Origin: Octopus sinensis
Taxonomy: Eukaryota
Assembly: GCF_006345805.1 (NCBI RefSeq)
Contig: NC_043014.1
Span: 43,462,001 to 43,526,000 of the forward strand
Length of the DNA: 64,000 nt
Direction: 5' to 3'
The stretch's first letter is position 1, and each line of letters starts with the position of its first letter. A program made the position numbers and the translations under genes. Shown piece after piece: positions 50,154-64,000 of the stretch. The notes under the pieces were generated by a model. The model was not told the DNA's origin. It ran no database searches and saw nothing but the letters and a program-made list of their open reading frames with translations.

Positions 50154-50365
50154 GTTTGTGTGTCTGTGTTTGTCCCCCCAACATTGCTTGCCAACTACTA
50201 CTGGTGTGTTTACGTCCCCAAAACTTAGCAGTTCTACAAAAGAGACCGATAGAATAAGTACTAGGCTTACAAAGAATGAGTCCTGGGGTTAATTTGTTTG
50301 ACTAAAAGGTGGTGCCCCAGCATGGCCACAGTCAAATGACTGAAACAAGAAAACAGTGTGAAAGA
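49806..50365 (+). mobile_element. SINE family B containing a nested (TA)n-associated element (49936-50122)
   Basis: The SINE-B body is interrupted at its internal microsatellite. Confidence 0.85.
49998..50033 (+). ncRNA. Minimal type I hammerhead motif with variant core (CUGUAGA)
   Basis: Stem I CTTT/AAAG; core CTGTAGA 50002-08 plus A; stem II GAGC-GTAG-GCTC; GAAA 50022-25; palindromic stem III ACGT; GUA triplet ending at 50029. Confidence 0.65.
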
Positions 50366-51279
50366 GTAAAGGCACAGGCATGGTCGTGTGGTTAAGAAGC
50401 TTACTTTGCAACTATGTTGTTCTGGGTTCAATGTCATTGTGTGGCACCTTGGGAAAATGACTTCTATAAATCAACCCCAGCACTTATTGTTTTTTTTTTT
50501 TTAGCCTGGTACTTATTCTATTGGTTTCTGTTGTCAAACCATGAAGTTACCGAGACATAAACAAACCAACACCAGTTAAGTGATGATTCTGGTGGTGAGG
50601 CAAACACACACACACACACACATATGAAAAGCTTTGATGCAGTTTCTGTCTTTCAAATTTACTTACAATGACATTGGTCGACCTAGGGTTATAATAACAA
50701 GACATTTGTCCATATGCCATGCTGTGGGATTGAATCCGAAGCCATGTGGTCACAAAAAGCCAGTTTCAAATATCAGGAACTTATGTTTCCTATCTAAAAC
50801 ATGTGGATTTATACCACCAACAGATTTGTTTTCCCCACCATACTTCAAATCAAATTGTAAAGCAGTCACTGACTTTTCTCTAATCCCTAAGTCTAATTCT
50901 TATTAGATTAAGGTCACATGAACCCCCTACTTTGCTCTGTTTCAAATTAAATTTACTTGAGATTGAAGCATTTTTTTTCTTTTCATTAAGACTTCAAATT
51001 CTCTGATTAAGTTTACAATGATATCTAAGTTCTAAGTATATAGTTACTGCCTGGGACCACCTAGTCTTGAATATGTCTGATAGAGCTTTACTAGGATTTC
51101 AAAAAAAAATATTGATAATCTCATAGGTATTTCCTGTACAAAAATTGTAATCCTAACTCTAGCTTTAAGCTTCTGTGTGTATGTCAATCTTTTGGAATCT
51201 CTCATCCGTGCCTACTAAATCTTCATTGTTTGGTGACGAGTGTTGGGCTTAACACTTGCCAGAACTAGTTTCCACTTAA

Positions 51280-51933
51280 CCCTTTCGTTATTGTATTTAT
51301 TCTGAGATTGATTGATTGATTGATTGATTCCAGTTCCAGCTTATGAGCTGTGGCCATGCTGGGGCACCGCCATTTAATGCTTTGTATTTCTTTCAATCTC
51401 TCTATATATAAAGCTGAAGTTGTCTGTGTATGGCAGGTTTGGTAGCCTTCAACTAACATTATCTCCTCCAAGACTCTGCAGTGCAAGTTGACCAAAATTG
51501 AGAGTATGATAGAAGAAGGCTTACTCTTCCTTCCGTAGAAGAAAAAATTCAAATCAGACCATGTTAAAACCAAAAATTATTTACATCAAAAAGGTGCTTT
51601 TTTTTCTATGAAAATCCCTATTTTTTATGATTTTTTTGACTGCTGTGTTGCCATTTTTCTGTGTATTTCAACCAGAAAAATGTTCACTTAAAGAGAATAA
51701 CAAGCTACATAATGCAAAATTTTTACTTTTCAAATATTCCAATTCTAAACAGTCGAAACAAACCCAAGCAACACCAGGCGATACTGCTAGTTTTAAATAT
51801 AACAAAGAATTTAGTAAAATAACTTATTTATGATTAAGCTGGTGTTAGGAATGTAAATTGTGACTAAGGTTTGATGGAAGACATTTGTACTACAGAGCCA
51901 TAGCCGGTTTCAGCCGGGTTGGTAACGAAAGGG
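51280..51933. mobile_element. TTAA MITE family D hosting a short SINE tail and a Helitron
   Basis: TTAA 51276-79 and 51934-37; MITE body resumes at 51791. Confidence 0.85.
51397..51790 (+). mobile_element. Non-autonomous Helitron
   Basis: A|TC start, decayed hairpin, CTAG|T end; last ~30 bp shared with the 17261 element. Confidence 0.8.
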
Positions 51934-53236
51934 TTAAATGGACAAAAGCTTTTATCCTTCTGGGGGTGCGGAAAGAAAAATATACCAATGAAGTGATTTA
52001 ATATTATGGCACATCTTAGATGTGAATTTGGCTGTGTAGTTAAGAAGAATGCTTCTTAATCTCATGGTATGGGTTCAGTTCCACTGCATGGCACCTTGGG
52101 CAAATTGGTGTCTTCTACTGTAGCAGTGGTTCTTGACTGTATTTTACCTGTGGATCCCTTTGATTCCTATTTTATTCAGCGGACCCCCATATCTATTTGA
52201 TGTTTTTAAAATCTTATTATATTCTTGTGAATAAATATCGTTAGGGATTGTATAAAAAAATTGTCAAAATATTTTGTGTATAAGCAATTTATTGCACATA
52301 ACTTTTAACAACAAAATCTTATATGGATCCTTGGGTCATATGGAACCCATAACCTTGGGCTGATCAAAGTCTTTTGCGCTAATTCGGTCTATGGAAACTG
52401 AAAGAATCCCATCGTGTGTGTGTGTGTGTGTGTGCATGCATGCTTGCGTATTAGTATCTCCTTGTCTTGGACATCCTGTGAATGTCACTGTGATGTATTT
52501 CCAATCTTCCATGGAAACATGTCTGGCCATGGGGAAATATTACCTTGTCTGGAAACAGGCGAGGGTTGGTGACAGCAAGGGCATCTAGCCAAAAACAGGC
52601 CGGTGGGGTGGAGTGGAGATGAGGGTTCTGCCTCAATAAATTTAATCAGACTGTTGCAAAGCATGGAAAAAGTAGACCTTAAAATGATAGTGATGATGTT
52701 AGATTTTGTTGAACATTTTCGCTGAGCAGATTTAGGATTTAGGATTTAGGATCAAAGGCAATTTTGGCTGTAAAAATACCACTTTTTATTCAAACATTAT
52801 CCTCTGAGATGCCCCTCTTTTAAAGACAACATAATGGGATCTGAGCAAGATTTTTGACTGCTATTAGTAGCTTTGGGGCCATTACAGAAAAGGCTCCTTC
52901 AATTAGTTCATAGATTTTTTTTTCGTTTTTCTTTTTTCTTTTTTTCTTTGGTTTATTTTTGGCAAGTACTGCTCTTGAGACAATCTCGGTTCAAACACAT
53001 AAGGTCCTTCGTTTCTTTCTTTACTTTTTTTTTTCCTTCCTTCCTTTCTTCTGTTTCCATAAATTCAAACTGTATTCAATCTTAATTCCGTCTGTGCTAA
53101 GGCTTGTCTTTTCCTCTTTTCCTCTGTTATTACATTTACCGATTCTTAGCTTTTGTTTCAGTCAAGTTTCATATATTTTGAAGCTTCTTTTAAAGGAGAT
53201 GATGAAGGAGGAGGAAATCATTTACTTTCAGTTTAC

Positions 53237-53290
<54 letters not shown>

Positions 53291-53534
53291 CATCATCATT
53301 ATTATTTATAGGTACCACAGGTCTGGTTGAGGTCCATTAATCACAAAGAAAAGAGGACGGCCTCAGCACTCGCATGCATTAGCTCCAAATTGTGTTAATG
53401 TTGTACATTGTATATTCACTGCACACCGTTATCTTATGTAATGCCTGGGACCGTTATTCAGATAATTCATCTTCCAATAGACAGAGAATTTCGCCTTTCC
53501 CGCTGTTAACTCAGCTATATTAACTCTTTCCATA

Positions 53535-53552
53535 CATATACATACATATATA

Positions 53553-53606
<54 letters not shown>

Positions 53607-53937
53607 ATATATAGATATATATATATATGTATATATATGTGTATATATAGTATATATATATGTGTATATATATGTGTATATATATATGTATATATATATA
53701 TATGTGTATATATATGTATATATATGTGTATATATGTATATATGTATATATATGTATATGTGTATATATATATGTATGTATATATGTATGTATATATGTA
53801 TATATATATGTATATGTATGTATATATGTATATGTGTATATATATGTGTATATATATATATGTATATGTATGTATATATATATATGTATGTATATATATG
53901 TATATATATATATATATAATATATATATATATATGTC

Positions 53938-54022
<85 letters not shown>

Positions 54023-54279
54023 TATATGTGTATATATATGTATATATATATGTGTATATATATGTGTATATATATATGTATATATATATATGTGTATATA
54101 TATGTATATATATATGTATATATATATTGTATATATATGTATATGTGTATATATATGTATGTATATATGTGTATATATATGTATATATATATGTGTATGT
54201 ATATATATATGTATATATATATATATATGTATATGTGTATATATGTATATGTATGTATATATATATATATATATATATG

Positions 54280-54317
<38 letters not shown>

Positions 54318-54377
54318 TGTGTATATATATGTATATGTATGTATATATATATATATATATATATATGTCTGTATATA

Positions 54378-54424
<47 letters not shown>

Positions 54425-54445
54425 ATGTATGTACCTATATATATA
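53535..54445. repeat. ~900-bp (TA)n/(TATATG)n microsatellite
   Basis: Direct reading; source of the 343-aa YI ORF. Confidence 0.97.
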
Positions 54446-56647
54446 TGTTTTGCTGTTCAAATTTAACTATGGATCTTGGCTGCAGTAATCTTTTCACTTT
54501 TCTGAATAGCGATGGCAGTAGGATAGATATGTGGTCTGTTGTAGTGCAGATTGCGATAACATTATTATTCATATGTTAGGATGTTGTGTGTATGTATGTA
54601 TGTGTGTGTGTGTGTGTGTGTGTAATGTTAGGATAGTTAATTCATTCATAATTTCTCTCGCTACTGCTGCTTGCTATACATTTTTATTCTTTTATATTGG
54701 CATGGATGGAATGGTCTTTACAGATTTGAATATCTGAATAATTGTAGTTAGTTTCTATAGCTGAATGTCCATATTGGGACATCACATCAACTAATTATTG
54801 ACACCTTCATCATCATCATCATCACCACCACCGCCACCACCACCACTATCATAAAAATTATCATTACTATTATCTTCATTATTATTAGGGAAACTAGATG
54901 GCAGAATTGTTTAAGCATTGGATATAATACTTTGTGGCATTTCTTTTGGATCCTGATATTCTGAGTTCAAATCCCATCAAGTTCAACTTTGCTTGTCACC
55001 CTGACATGGTTGTTAAAATGAGGCAGCATAAAAAAAAAAGATGCCTTATAGTATTTATTCCAACTCACTGTCCAGAATTCAAAATCCATCAAGATTGACT
55101 TTATGCGAATATCCATACCACCATCTCTTAAGTTATCCCTAACCGAAGAGATGGTGGCATGGATTTCCACCTCGGCATCCGAAACTCAGTTTTATCTTGG
55201 CTACCGAATAATTGTCACATATTACATTTACAGATAAATTCCTCTATTTACATAATATTGAGGCCTCTTTCTTTCTCTTGTTATCTTACCGTTTTTCCCA
55301 ATATATATATAGTATATTTAGCATATCACCACACTGAACCCAAGAAGTAACCTTTAGAAATGACATCCAGGTCACCCTTTTGGTGTACTGACGAAAAAAA
55401 CCAAAATAAATAGAGATCACTGTTGGAACGCTTTTGATCAGAGCTGAGTTGGTCCTAAACAACAATATTATAGCATTTGCTAAGTTTTAAAGCCATGTGA
55501 GGAACAGTTATTAGTAAAATGATTTAAACTCATAACATAAAATCATCATTCTTCTGCCTCCTCTTCCTGTCTATCTCTCCTTTATTTTTCAGACCTAAAA
55601 CCTGAACTCTTACTCCAAGAATTGCAAAGGTCCTAACCCTTTGTTTTTGTGTGAGCCACTCTTCTCTAATAAATGTTTTGCTCATAGTTTCAGAACTTTC
55701 TGGAAGCCACATAATGAATAATAATAGCAGTGGTTTTATTATTTTAAAGCTATTTTCCGGGATTGTGTTTTTTTTTTTTTTGGTTTTTTTTTGAATAAAA
55801 AACTGCGTCATTTTTCTTTCTTTCTTTCTACATCATCTAGAAAGTTCTTCAGTTATATTTCTCTGTGTACTTTGCAATAGAGCAATCTTTATAGGTTTAA
55901 ATTGAGTTTGATTGACACCATCTATAGGTAGATTTGTTTATTTGTGCAGTTTATCCAATAACCCAAAGTCATTTTCTTTAGTCAGTTGGTGTTCGGTAAA
56001 ATAATACAATGAGATAGATAGACAAAGACAGATAGAAAAATAGAGAGAGAGAGAGAGAGAGAGAGAGTGAGTAGATTTTTAATGCTATTCTCTTTATTTT
56101 TTAAAATTTTATTTCTATAAGCATTACAATTCTTATATGTGGCTTGTGTAAGAAATAATTGGTCAAATTCCATTTTGCTTTTTCTACTTTCTCAGTGTTC
56201 ACACTCTCACCCGTTCTCCCGTTCCTTTCGCTATACCTCCCTCCTACTCATCTTGGCCTCTCCTAATCACTCTCTCTCCATATATATATGTATATATACA
56301 CACATATATATATATGTATAGAGCTCTCTCTTTCTCTCTCCATGCACAAACTTTATTTCTGACATGTAAACTACGCTGCTACATCAGAGTAATTCACGGT
56401 TCACCTCAAAAACTACATTCCTCTGATAAATGTTATCTGCAAACAAATGTTTTCTAAATTTGATTGAATTCTGAATTCTTCACCCTCCAATGTCTTGGAA
56501 GTTAAAATAAACTTGTTTTAGAAAAAAAAAAAAAAAAAAAAAAATTTTTTTCAGAAAACTTTAGATCCTCCTCCTCCTCCTTCCTCCTTCCTCTCCACAA
56601 AATCTAACAAAACAACCAACCAACTAAATACATAAAGAAGGGATTGA

Positions 56648-56678
<31 letters not shown>

Positions 56679-56934
56679 ATTGGTAGTGGGGGTAGAGGTG
56701 GTAGAAAGTCAATACATGATGGAGTTGTTTGAAAAAGGTCATTCATTTCACCAGGTTCTTAATTCAATTTGTAAAAGCTTACCTACTATTTCAATGTTGG
56801 TTTTAAGTGGTTCACGTTTCTCAAACCCAAATTCTACTTAAATTGAACTTTTGCGTATCATTTTACATGGCACAGATAAAAAAATAATGGTTAATATACA
56901 GGCCTTGTGTGAGCTGAACATTTATATGGATATT

Positions 56935-57600
56935 TGCCAGCCTCGTCTGGCACCTGTGCCGGTGGCACGTAAAAAAGCACCCACTACACTCATGGAGTGG
57001 TTGGCGTTAGGAAGGGCATCCAGCCGTAGAAACATTGCCAGATCAGATTGGAGCCTGGTGCAGTCTTCTGGCTTCCCAGACCCCATGTGCACCGTCCAAC
57101 CCATGCCAGCATGGAAAGCGGACGCTAAACGATGATGATGATGATAATGAGGAGGAGGAGGAGGAGAGAGAGAGCGAGAAAGAAGGGCACTGATGTTGTT
57201 ATGGTTTGGCCAATCTGGATATAACCAAAGAACTAAAAATCGAGAGATGTGGTGATTTGCTGACCTGGGTAAGGCTCATCAACCTAAGTAAAGTCACTGT
57301 CTTCCACATGTGCAGGCTTCTCCTTTCAGGTGCTTGTGCCACTTAAAAAGCACCTGTACCAGTGCTGCATTGACACACCCCTGCTGGTGCTGCACTAATG
57401 CACCCATGCCAGTGGCGTGTAACAGGCACCAAGTACACTCTGTTAAGTGGTTGGCATTAGGAAGGGCATCCAGCTGTGGAAACCATGCCACAACAGACAG
57501 TGGGAGTCTGGACAGCTCCCCTGCTAGGCAGCTCCGTGTCAAACCGTCCAACCCATGCCAGCATGGAAAGCAGACGTTAAACGATGATGATGACGATGAT
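56935..57600 (+). mobile_element. Two SINE family C copies (56935-57145 and 57290-57600)
   Basis: ggttggcgttaggaagggcatccag motif and ccaacccatgccagcatggaaag...(GAT)n tails. Confidence 0.87.
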
Positions 57601-57711
57601 TGTAGAATATAAGCAATTAATTGAGCATAAATTTTATCACCAAAATCTTACTTGGACCCCAACCCCCACCCTAGTATGGAAGGTAGACGTTGACTACTAC
57701 TACTACTACTA

Positions 57712-57742
<31 letters not shown>

Positions 57743-59199
57743 ACTACTACTACTACTACTACTACTGTTATTATTATTATTATTATTGATGCAGTTACCT
57801 GTGGAACATCACTTTAACCTTTATTGAGCAGACTTGTATAATCCAAGGCATTCTTAAGGCAGTGAGGTGCCAGAATTGTTAGCATACCAGGCAAAATGCT
57901 GAACAGCATTTCGTCAGTTCTTACATTTTGAGCTCAAATTCCGCTGAGATCAAAACTTATTTTTATTTGCCCACTCTGAAAGGATAAAAAGCAAAGTTGA
58001 CCTCAGTGGGGTTTTGAGCTCTGAATGCAAAGAACCAGAAGATATGCCATTAACCCTTTAGTATTTAAACCGGCCATATCCAGCCAAAATATTTAATCTG
58101 TTTTATGTTCAAACTGACCAGATCCAGGCTCTCACACCTACCCTACAATGTTATTCTACATTAAGTAATTACACCATCAAGATCTTGAAGATATGAGATA
58201 ATGCATGATTAATTCAAATCAATGGGAATTAATAGGCATTATGTTTGATTGAATAATCTGAACAATAAAGGGTTAAAGCATTTTGGCCAACGTGGTTACA
58301 ACTTTGCCAGCTGACCACCTTAATAATAATAATAACAACAATAATAATAATAGGTGCCCTAGAGAGAAACTGAAAGAAGCTTGTCGTACATATATATATA
58401 TATACAGACGTTAAATGATGATGATCACACTTAGCTCCATTATAAGGATTTTGCCTTCTTTCCTTCTCTGTAGAGTTTTGAATTTTTCAATTTACTTGAT
58501 AAATTGTCTTTGCGGGTGTCTTTGTCTTGCGCTCTTCCTTACACAAAGGCACATCAAGTTTTTGTTTGCTTCAGTCAACCTAAAGGACCCCCCCCCCCCC
58601 GTTTTAACAGTTGAATGATTGGTGCTATAAAGTTACTTGACTGAAAACCATCTGCTTCGACAATTCAAGCAAATATCTTAAATTACTGAACCATGTTTAA
58701 TACAGAAAAGCAAATATAATTTTGGTTTTGTGTATGCCGCATAATCCAGTTATGTACGCTGTGTTGTTTTTTTTTTTTAATTCCTCCTCAGCCTCCCCTC
58801 ATATACCTCTATACCGAAACTTGTTGATGCATTAGCAAATGATGTCATTGGAATTATACTCCTTGTTCTTTATTCTTTGAAAAAAATTACATTTTTTTTC
58901 TCTTAGTAAAAAATTAAATGTTTTCACTTATACTTAACTGTTGTCTTGTCTTCTAACCTTAGCAACTAACTCACTTTTTCTGTTTGAAAGTTTCCTTATG
59001 AAAACCATGTGGCTGTGTGGTTAGGGTATTCGGCTCAAGATTACAAAGTCTTGAGTTCAATACTTGGCAGGGTGTTGTGTTCTTGTGCATGTCTCACAAG
59101 AGACAATTGGGGTCTGGACAAGCTCCCTGATAGCTAGCTCCATGTCAAACTGTCCAACCCATGCCAGCATGGAAATCAGGCGTTAAACAATGATGATGA

Positions 59200-59329
59200 T
59201 TTGGCTGTGTGGTAAGTAGCTTGCTTACTTACCACTGCATGGCATCTTGGGCATGTCTTCTACTATAGCCTCAGGCCGACCAAAGCCTTGTGAGCGGATT
59301 TGGTAGACGGAAACTGAAAGAAGCCATCG

Positions 59330-59400
<71 letters not shown>

Positions 59401-59622
59401 GTGTGTGTGTGTATGTTTGTGTGTCTGTGTTTGTTCCCCCAACATTTTTTGACAACCAATGCTGGTGTGTTTACGGCCCCGTAACTTAGCGGTTTGGAAA
59501 AAGAGACCGATAGAATAAGTACTAGGCTTACAAAGTATAAGTCCCGGGGTCGATTTGCTCGACTAAAGGTGGTGCTCCAGCATGGCCACAGTCACATGAC
59601 TGAAACAAGTAAAAGAGTAAAG
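59200..59622 (+). mobile_element. SINE family B (deletion in head)
   Basis: Family motifs. Confidence 0.87.
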
Positions 59623-61688
59623 AGAGTAATTCATCGACCATAAATTTTAAAAACAAAATCTTACTTGGACCCCAAACCCCCGACCGCCGGATCCTATGGG
59701 CCCCTGGTTGAGAACCACTGATGTAAAAAAAAAAAGAATATTCATGTGTCCTAGAATATTCTTACGGGAGTCGAGACAAGAAGCAAGTTTCAGTTGACAA
59801 CAGATACAACCCACCCCATCCCATTTCCTCTCGCCCACCCCACCCCGTTTCCTCTCCCCCACCTCACCCCACCCCAAATGCCGTAAACCTCCTTCCGTTC
59901 CTCTCTCAGCAAGCTGTAGTATTACACTCAATTGAACTAGATATAAATTAGCTGTTTTAATTGTTGAGGAATAAATGATTATTCTGATATGAATATGCAA
60001 AGCGTCTTTTCCTTTTTCTGCTCTTTTCTTTTCTTTCCTTTTTTTCTTTTCTTGTTAATTATTCTACACAATGATTGAAGAATTACTTGACCTATTTTGA
60101 CATTTTTAATTAAACAGAATATCGCTCTAAGGGCATCCATTCTTCTCAATAACTTTTTATCTCTGTCTTCATTTTTCACTCACTTTCTTTTTCTCTTTCT
60201 CTATCTGTCTGTCTCTGTCTGTCAGTTTATCTGTCTGTCTCTCTCTCTCTCTCTCATTCATTCTCTCTCTCTCTCTCTCATATTCATTCTCTCTCTCTCT
60301 ATCTCCCAAATAAAACTGTCAAAGCTGGATTAAATCTTAGCACTGTCTTGTCTTGGAGTGACATTGTTGTTGATAAATGTTTCCTTTTCGTTCTGATGTC
60401 GAGGAATTCTTTTCCATTCTGTAGAGCACAAAGGTCTAAAACATGAAGATTACGCCAATGAGAGAGCAGTTGTGTGGTCACTTCAACCAGCTGGCTTAAA
60501 GTAACAACCAGATCTCCCTCAGTTCAGACCCTCTTGCCAGGGTTAAAAAAAACAACAGCAAAAAAAAAAAAAACCCTAACAAACCCAAAAACAAAATGGT
60601 GATATTGAATTATGTAGACCTGGATAGAATATGATTCAGTAATAAAAGGAGATGGTCACAGCTGGAATGGCTTCCTGGCAGACCAGGAGTTCAACAACAA
60701 TAACAAATATAATGGTTTCAACCAGGCTACTACAAATATTTTGCACGTAATTAACAAACAATTAGATGCTCTCAGAATTTGAATTCTTCAGCTGCGTCTT
60801 TGCTTATGTATTGTTACAAAGTAAAACTACTGTCTATGCCTCCTCCATAACCCTAGGCCCATAAGCCAGGTGTGGAGGCACATGGCCTAGTGGTTAGAAC
60901 AGTGGACTCGCGGTCGAGGGATCGCAGGTTCGAATCTCAGACCGAGCGATGTGTGTGTTTGTGAGTTAAACACTTAAGCTCCACGCGACTCTGGCAGAAA
61001 GTAATGGCAAACTTCTGCTGACTCTTTCGCCACAACTTTCTCTTACTCTTTCCTCCTGCATCTTGCAGCACACCTGCAATGGACTGGCGTCCCGTCCAGG
61101 TGGGGAACCTATACGCCAAGGAAACTGGGAAACCGGCCCTTATGAGCCAGGCATGGCTCAAGAAGGAATACATCATAAGCCAGGTTCCCTGCCTGCTATG
61201 GCATATAGATTACCCCACTGGATAGGGTGTCAGGCCATCCCAGGATTATTAATTTTTGCAAGCTCGGTGGACTGGAATAATGTGAAATGGAAGTGTTTTG
61301 CGCAAGAGTGCAACTGGTCCTGGAATCAAGACCATCTTGCAATCATGAGTGAACACCCTAACCACTAAGCCTTGTGCCTCCAAGGTTTTACTTACTCGGG
61401 GCTAAACCCTTCGTCTCCATAACTGATTGGATCTAATAAAGGATATAAGCTAGGTTTTGTTAACTTAATTATTTGAAAACTGAATGGAACACACACATAT
61501 ATATATATAAATAAATAAATAAATATATATATATATATATACAGTAACCCCTTGTCATATCATGGTTCATCTATCGCAGTTTATTAATATATATATATGT
61601 ACTTCCAATATAAGAATAAAATTTTATCAAAAAATGTCATCAGTGGCCAGCATATGAAAAATACCTTTTAAGGTGAAAATTATACAAT

Positions 61689-61809
61689 TATAAATAAGGG
61701 CAAAAAGAAAAAATATTTCTTTGCCAATATGCTGAAAAATAGATGCTAAAGCATTTAATTTTCAGCATATTGGCAAAGAAAATGTTTTATTTTTGCCCTT
61801 ATTTGTATA
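61689..61809. repeat. ~120-bp imperfect palindrome inside a (TA)n-flanked block
   Basis: ~50-bp arms, e.g. ttctttgccaatatgctgaaaa / ttttcagcatattggcaaagaa. Confidence 0.85.
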
Positions 61810-61890
61810 CATCTATATGTATATATCTATATATATGTATGTATATATCTATCTATGTGTAGTATGTATGTATGTATGTATGTATGTATG

Positions 61891-61921
<31 letters not shown>

Positions 61922-62321
61922 ATAAAACATTGAATGAAAACACTGCCAATATCCAATAACTTTTCTCTATTTTCATGGGTTAGACAAGATTTGTTGGGGC
62001 AGATTTTCTATGGCTCAATGCTCTTTGCATTGCCAATCCATTACCTGATTTCATGTAACATAATATTCTCCCCACACCCCATCTAGATATTCTTTTGTGG
62101 AGGATGACAAACAAAATAGCACTACATGCATGATGGTGATTTTTTTTTTGTTTACAGTTCATGCATGATGTTGAAACAAAAGAAAGTGCACCCTTTCCTC
62201 TCACACATATACACATGCACACCCATACAATGGGCTTTTCAATTTCTGCTTCCCAAATTCACTCACGAAGCTTTTGTTCGGCTCATTACGAAAGTAGAAG
62301 ACAATTGCTCATGGTACTGAA

Positions 62322-62742
62322 AGGCGGTGAGCTGGCAGAAACGTTAGCATGCTGGGCGAAATGCGTAGCCGTATTTTGTCTGCTGTTAAGTTCTGAGTTC
62401 AAATTCCGCCGAGGTCGACTTTGCCTTTCATCCTTTTGGGGTCGATAAATTAAGTACCAGTTACGCAGTGGGGGTCGATGTAATCGACTTAATCCGTTTG
62501 TCTGTCCTTGTTTATCCCCTCTGTGTTTAGCCCCTTGTGGGTAGTAAAGAAATAGGTATTTTGTCTGTCGTTACATTCTGAGTTCAAATTCCGCCCAGGT
62601 CGACTTTGCCTTTCATCCTTTCAGGGTCGATAAATTAAGTACCAGTTACACACTGGGGTCGATGTAATCGACTTATTCCGTTTGTCTGTCCTTGTTTGTC
62701 TCCTCTGTGTTTAGCCCCTTGTGGGCAGTAAAGAAATAGGTA
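62322..62742 (+). mobile_element. SINE family A head-to-tail dimer
   Basis: Junction aaagaaatag|gtattt at 62556. Confidence 0.9.
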
Positions 62743-64000
62743 CTGTGCTGTGGGCTTGAACACAAACACCACATGGTTTCAAAGTGAACTTCTTAGCATT
62801 ACCAACTGTTTTTTTTTTTGTTTTATTGGAGTTGTGTTTCATTAAATTAATTTCTTTCTATTTTATCTGAAACCAAAGTGTATAGCATGTGTGTGTGTGT
62901 GTGGCATTCATGTATGTAACAGCAACTTTCGAACTTGGAGTTCATTAACTCTGTGTCTCTTATGTCTAGCAACCCTTTGTCCTATTGTGATTTTCATTAT
63001 TAACATGGACAATACTGATTATGAAAATTAAGCCAATTAAAATAAATTACCAGATTCAAATAAGGTTGAATGTCATTGGTTTAATGTTTAAGGCTGAACT
63101 ATGTATAATAATTTTGAGCTATCAGTGAACTTTCTTATGTACGATAAAGAATTCTTAAAGATGTTATTGTGTTTGAACAGTCGGTCATTCAATAAACTTA
63201 TTGATGCAGAAGAAAGAATATAGAAGGACCTGTTTATAAATTTCATGCTTTGTTATTAATGTTAATATTAAGGTGGCGAGCTGGCAGGTTTGTTAGCGTG
63301 TCTGGTGAAATGCTTAGAAGCATTTTGTCTGTCTGCGCATTCTCAGTTCAAGTTCCACTGAGGCTGACTTTGCACATGATCCTCTCGGGTTTGATAAATT
63401 AAGTACCAGTGAAACACTGGGGGTCGATGTTAGTGATTCATCCCCTCCCGAAAAATGGCTGCCTTTGTGACAAAATTTGAGAACATTATTATTATTACTA
63501 AGAAGACAGGGAGCTGGCGGAACCGTTGGCATGTCCAAACAAGTAGGAATAGGTTTTTCGTTGCAAAAAACCTATTCCACTAGCCATATGCTTGTCTCAA
63601 AGCTTAAACCATGCAAGTGTATATTTGAGTTCTGGCAGAATTGTTTGCCTCCGTTTTATATTAGGTTTTTTTGCAAGGTGCCCTCACACCAAAGTTCTGT
63701 AGTGTATTTGTTTCAGTGTTTGTAGCTGCAAATTAATTTCAAGATCAACTGACTGGATTGTACCAGGAAAGGAACTTTAAGACTGAAAGTCATTTGCATT
63801 CATGCAAATATTTAAATTTATTAAATTTATCGAACCAGCTAACCTAGTCTAGCATGAAAAGACAGGTGTAAAAGAACTCAACATGTCTGTATATTTAAGT
63901 AGTAGAAGTAGTAGTTGTAGTAGTAGTACTGCTAGTAGTAGTTGCTGCTGTAGCAGTCATCAAGTATCTTTCAAGAATCCCATGGAAGAGATATAAATTA

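Noticed and set aside
53429-54579. Long ORFs (343, 268, 183 aa) and similar YI/CV, poly-T, poly-V, poly-K and poly-W ORFs elsewhere
   Set aside because: They are translations of microsatellites with no coding complexity.

Overview
Strongly AT-rich, repeat-saturated animal genomic DNA, probably intronic or intergenic. From recall (no database search), the interspersed repeat families look like those of octopus/coleoid cephalopod genomes. I can support no intact host protein-coding gene, rRNA, true tRNA or CRISPR array, and nearly all ORFs in the supplied track are translations of microsatellites or SINE bodies. The window holds four or five tRNA-headed SINE families, TTAA (piggyBac-type) MITEs, a GG-terminated MITE with 8-bp TSDs (Merlin-like, 3 copies), two non-autonomous Helitrons, a decayed hAT/Buster-type transposase, 3' fragments of CR1, RTE and RLE-type LINEs, several fold-back palindromes, a 1.4-kb tandem duplication and very long microsatellites. 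The most interesting signal is three unrelated small elements that each carry a minimal type I hammerhead ribozyme motif. One is a TSD-flanked ~310-340 bp retroposon (two copies) joining a tRNA-derived Pol III head to a hammerhead, an architecture reminiscent of schistosome Sm-alpha and Penelope-associated retrozymes.
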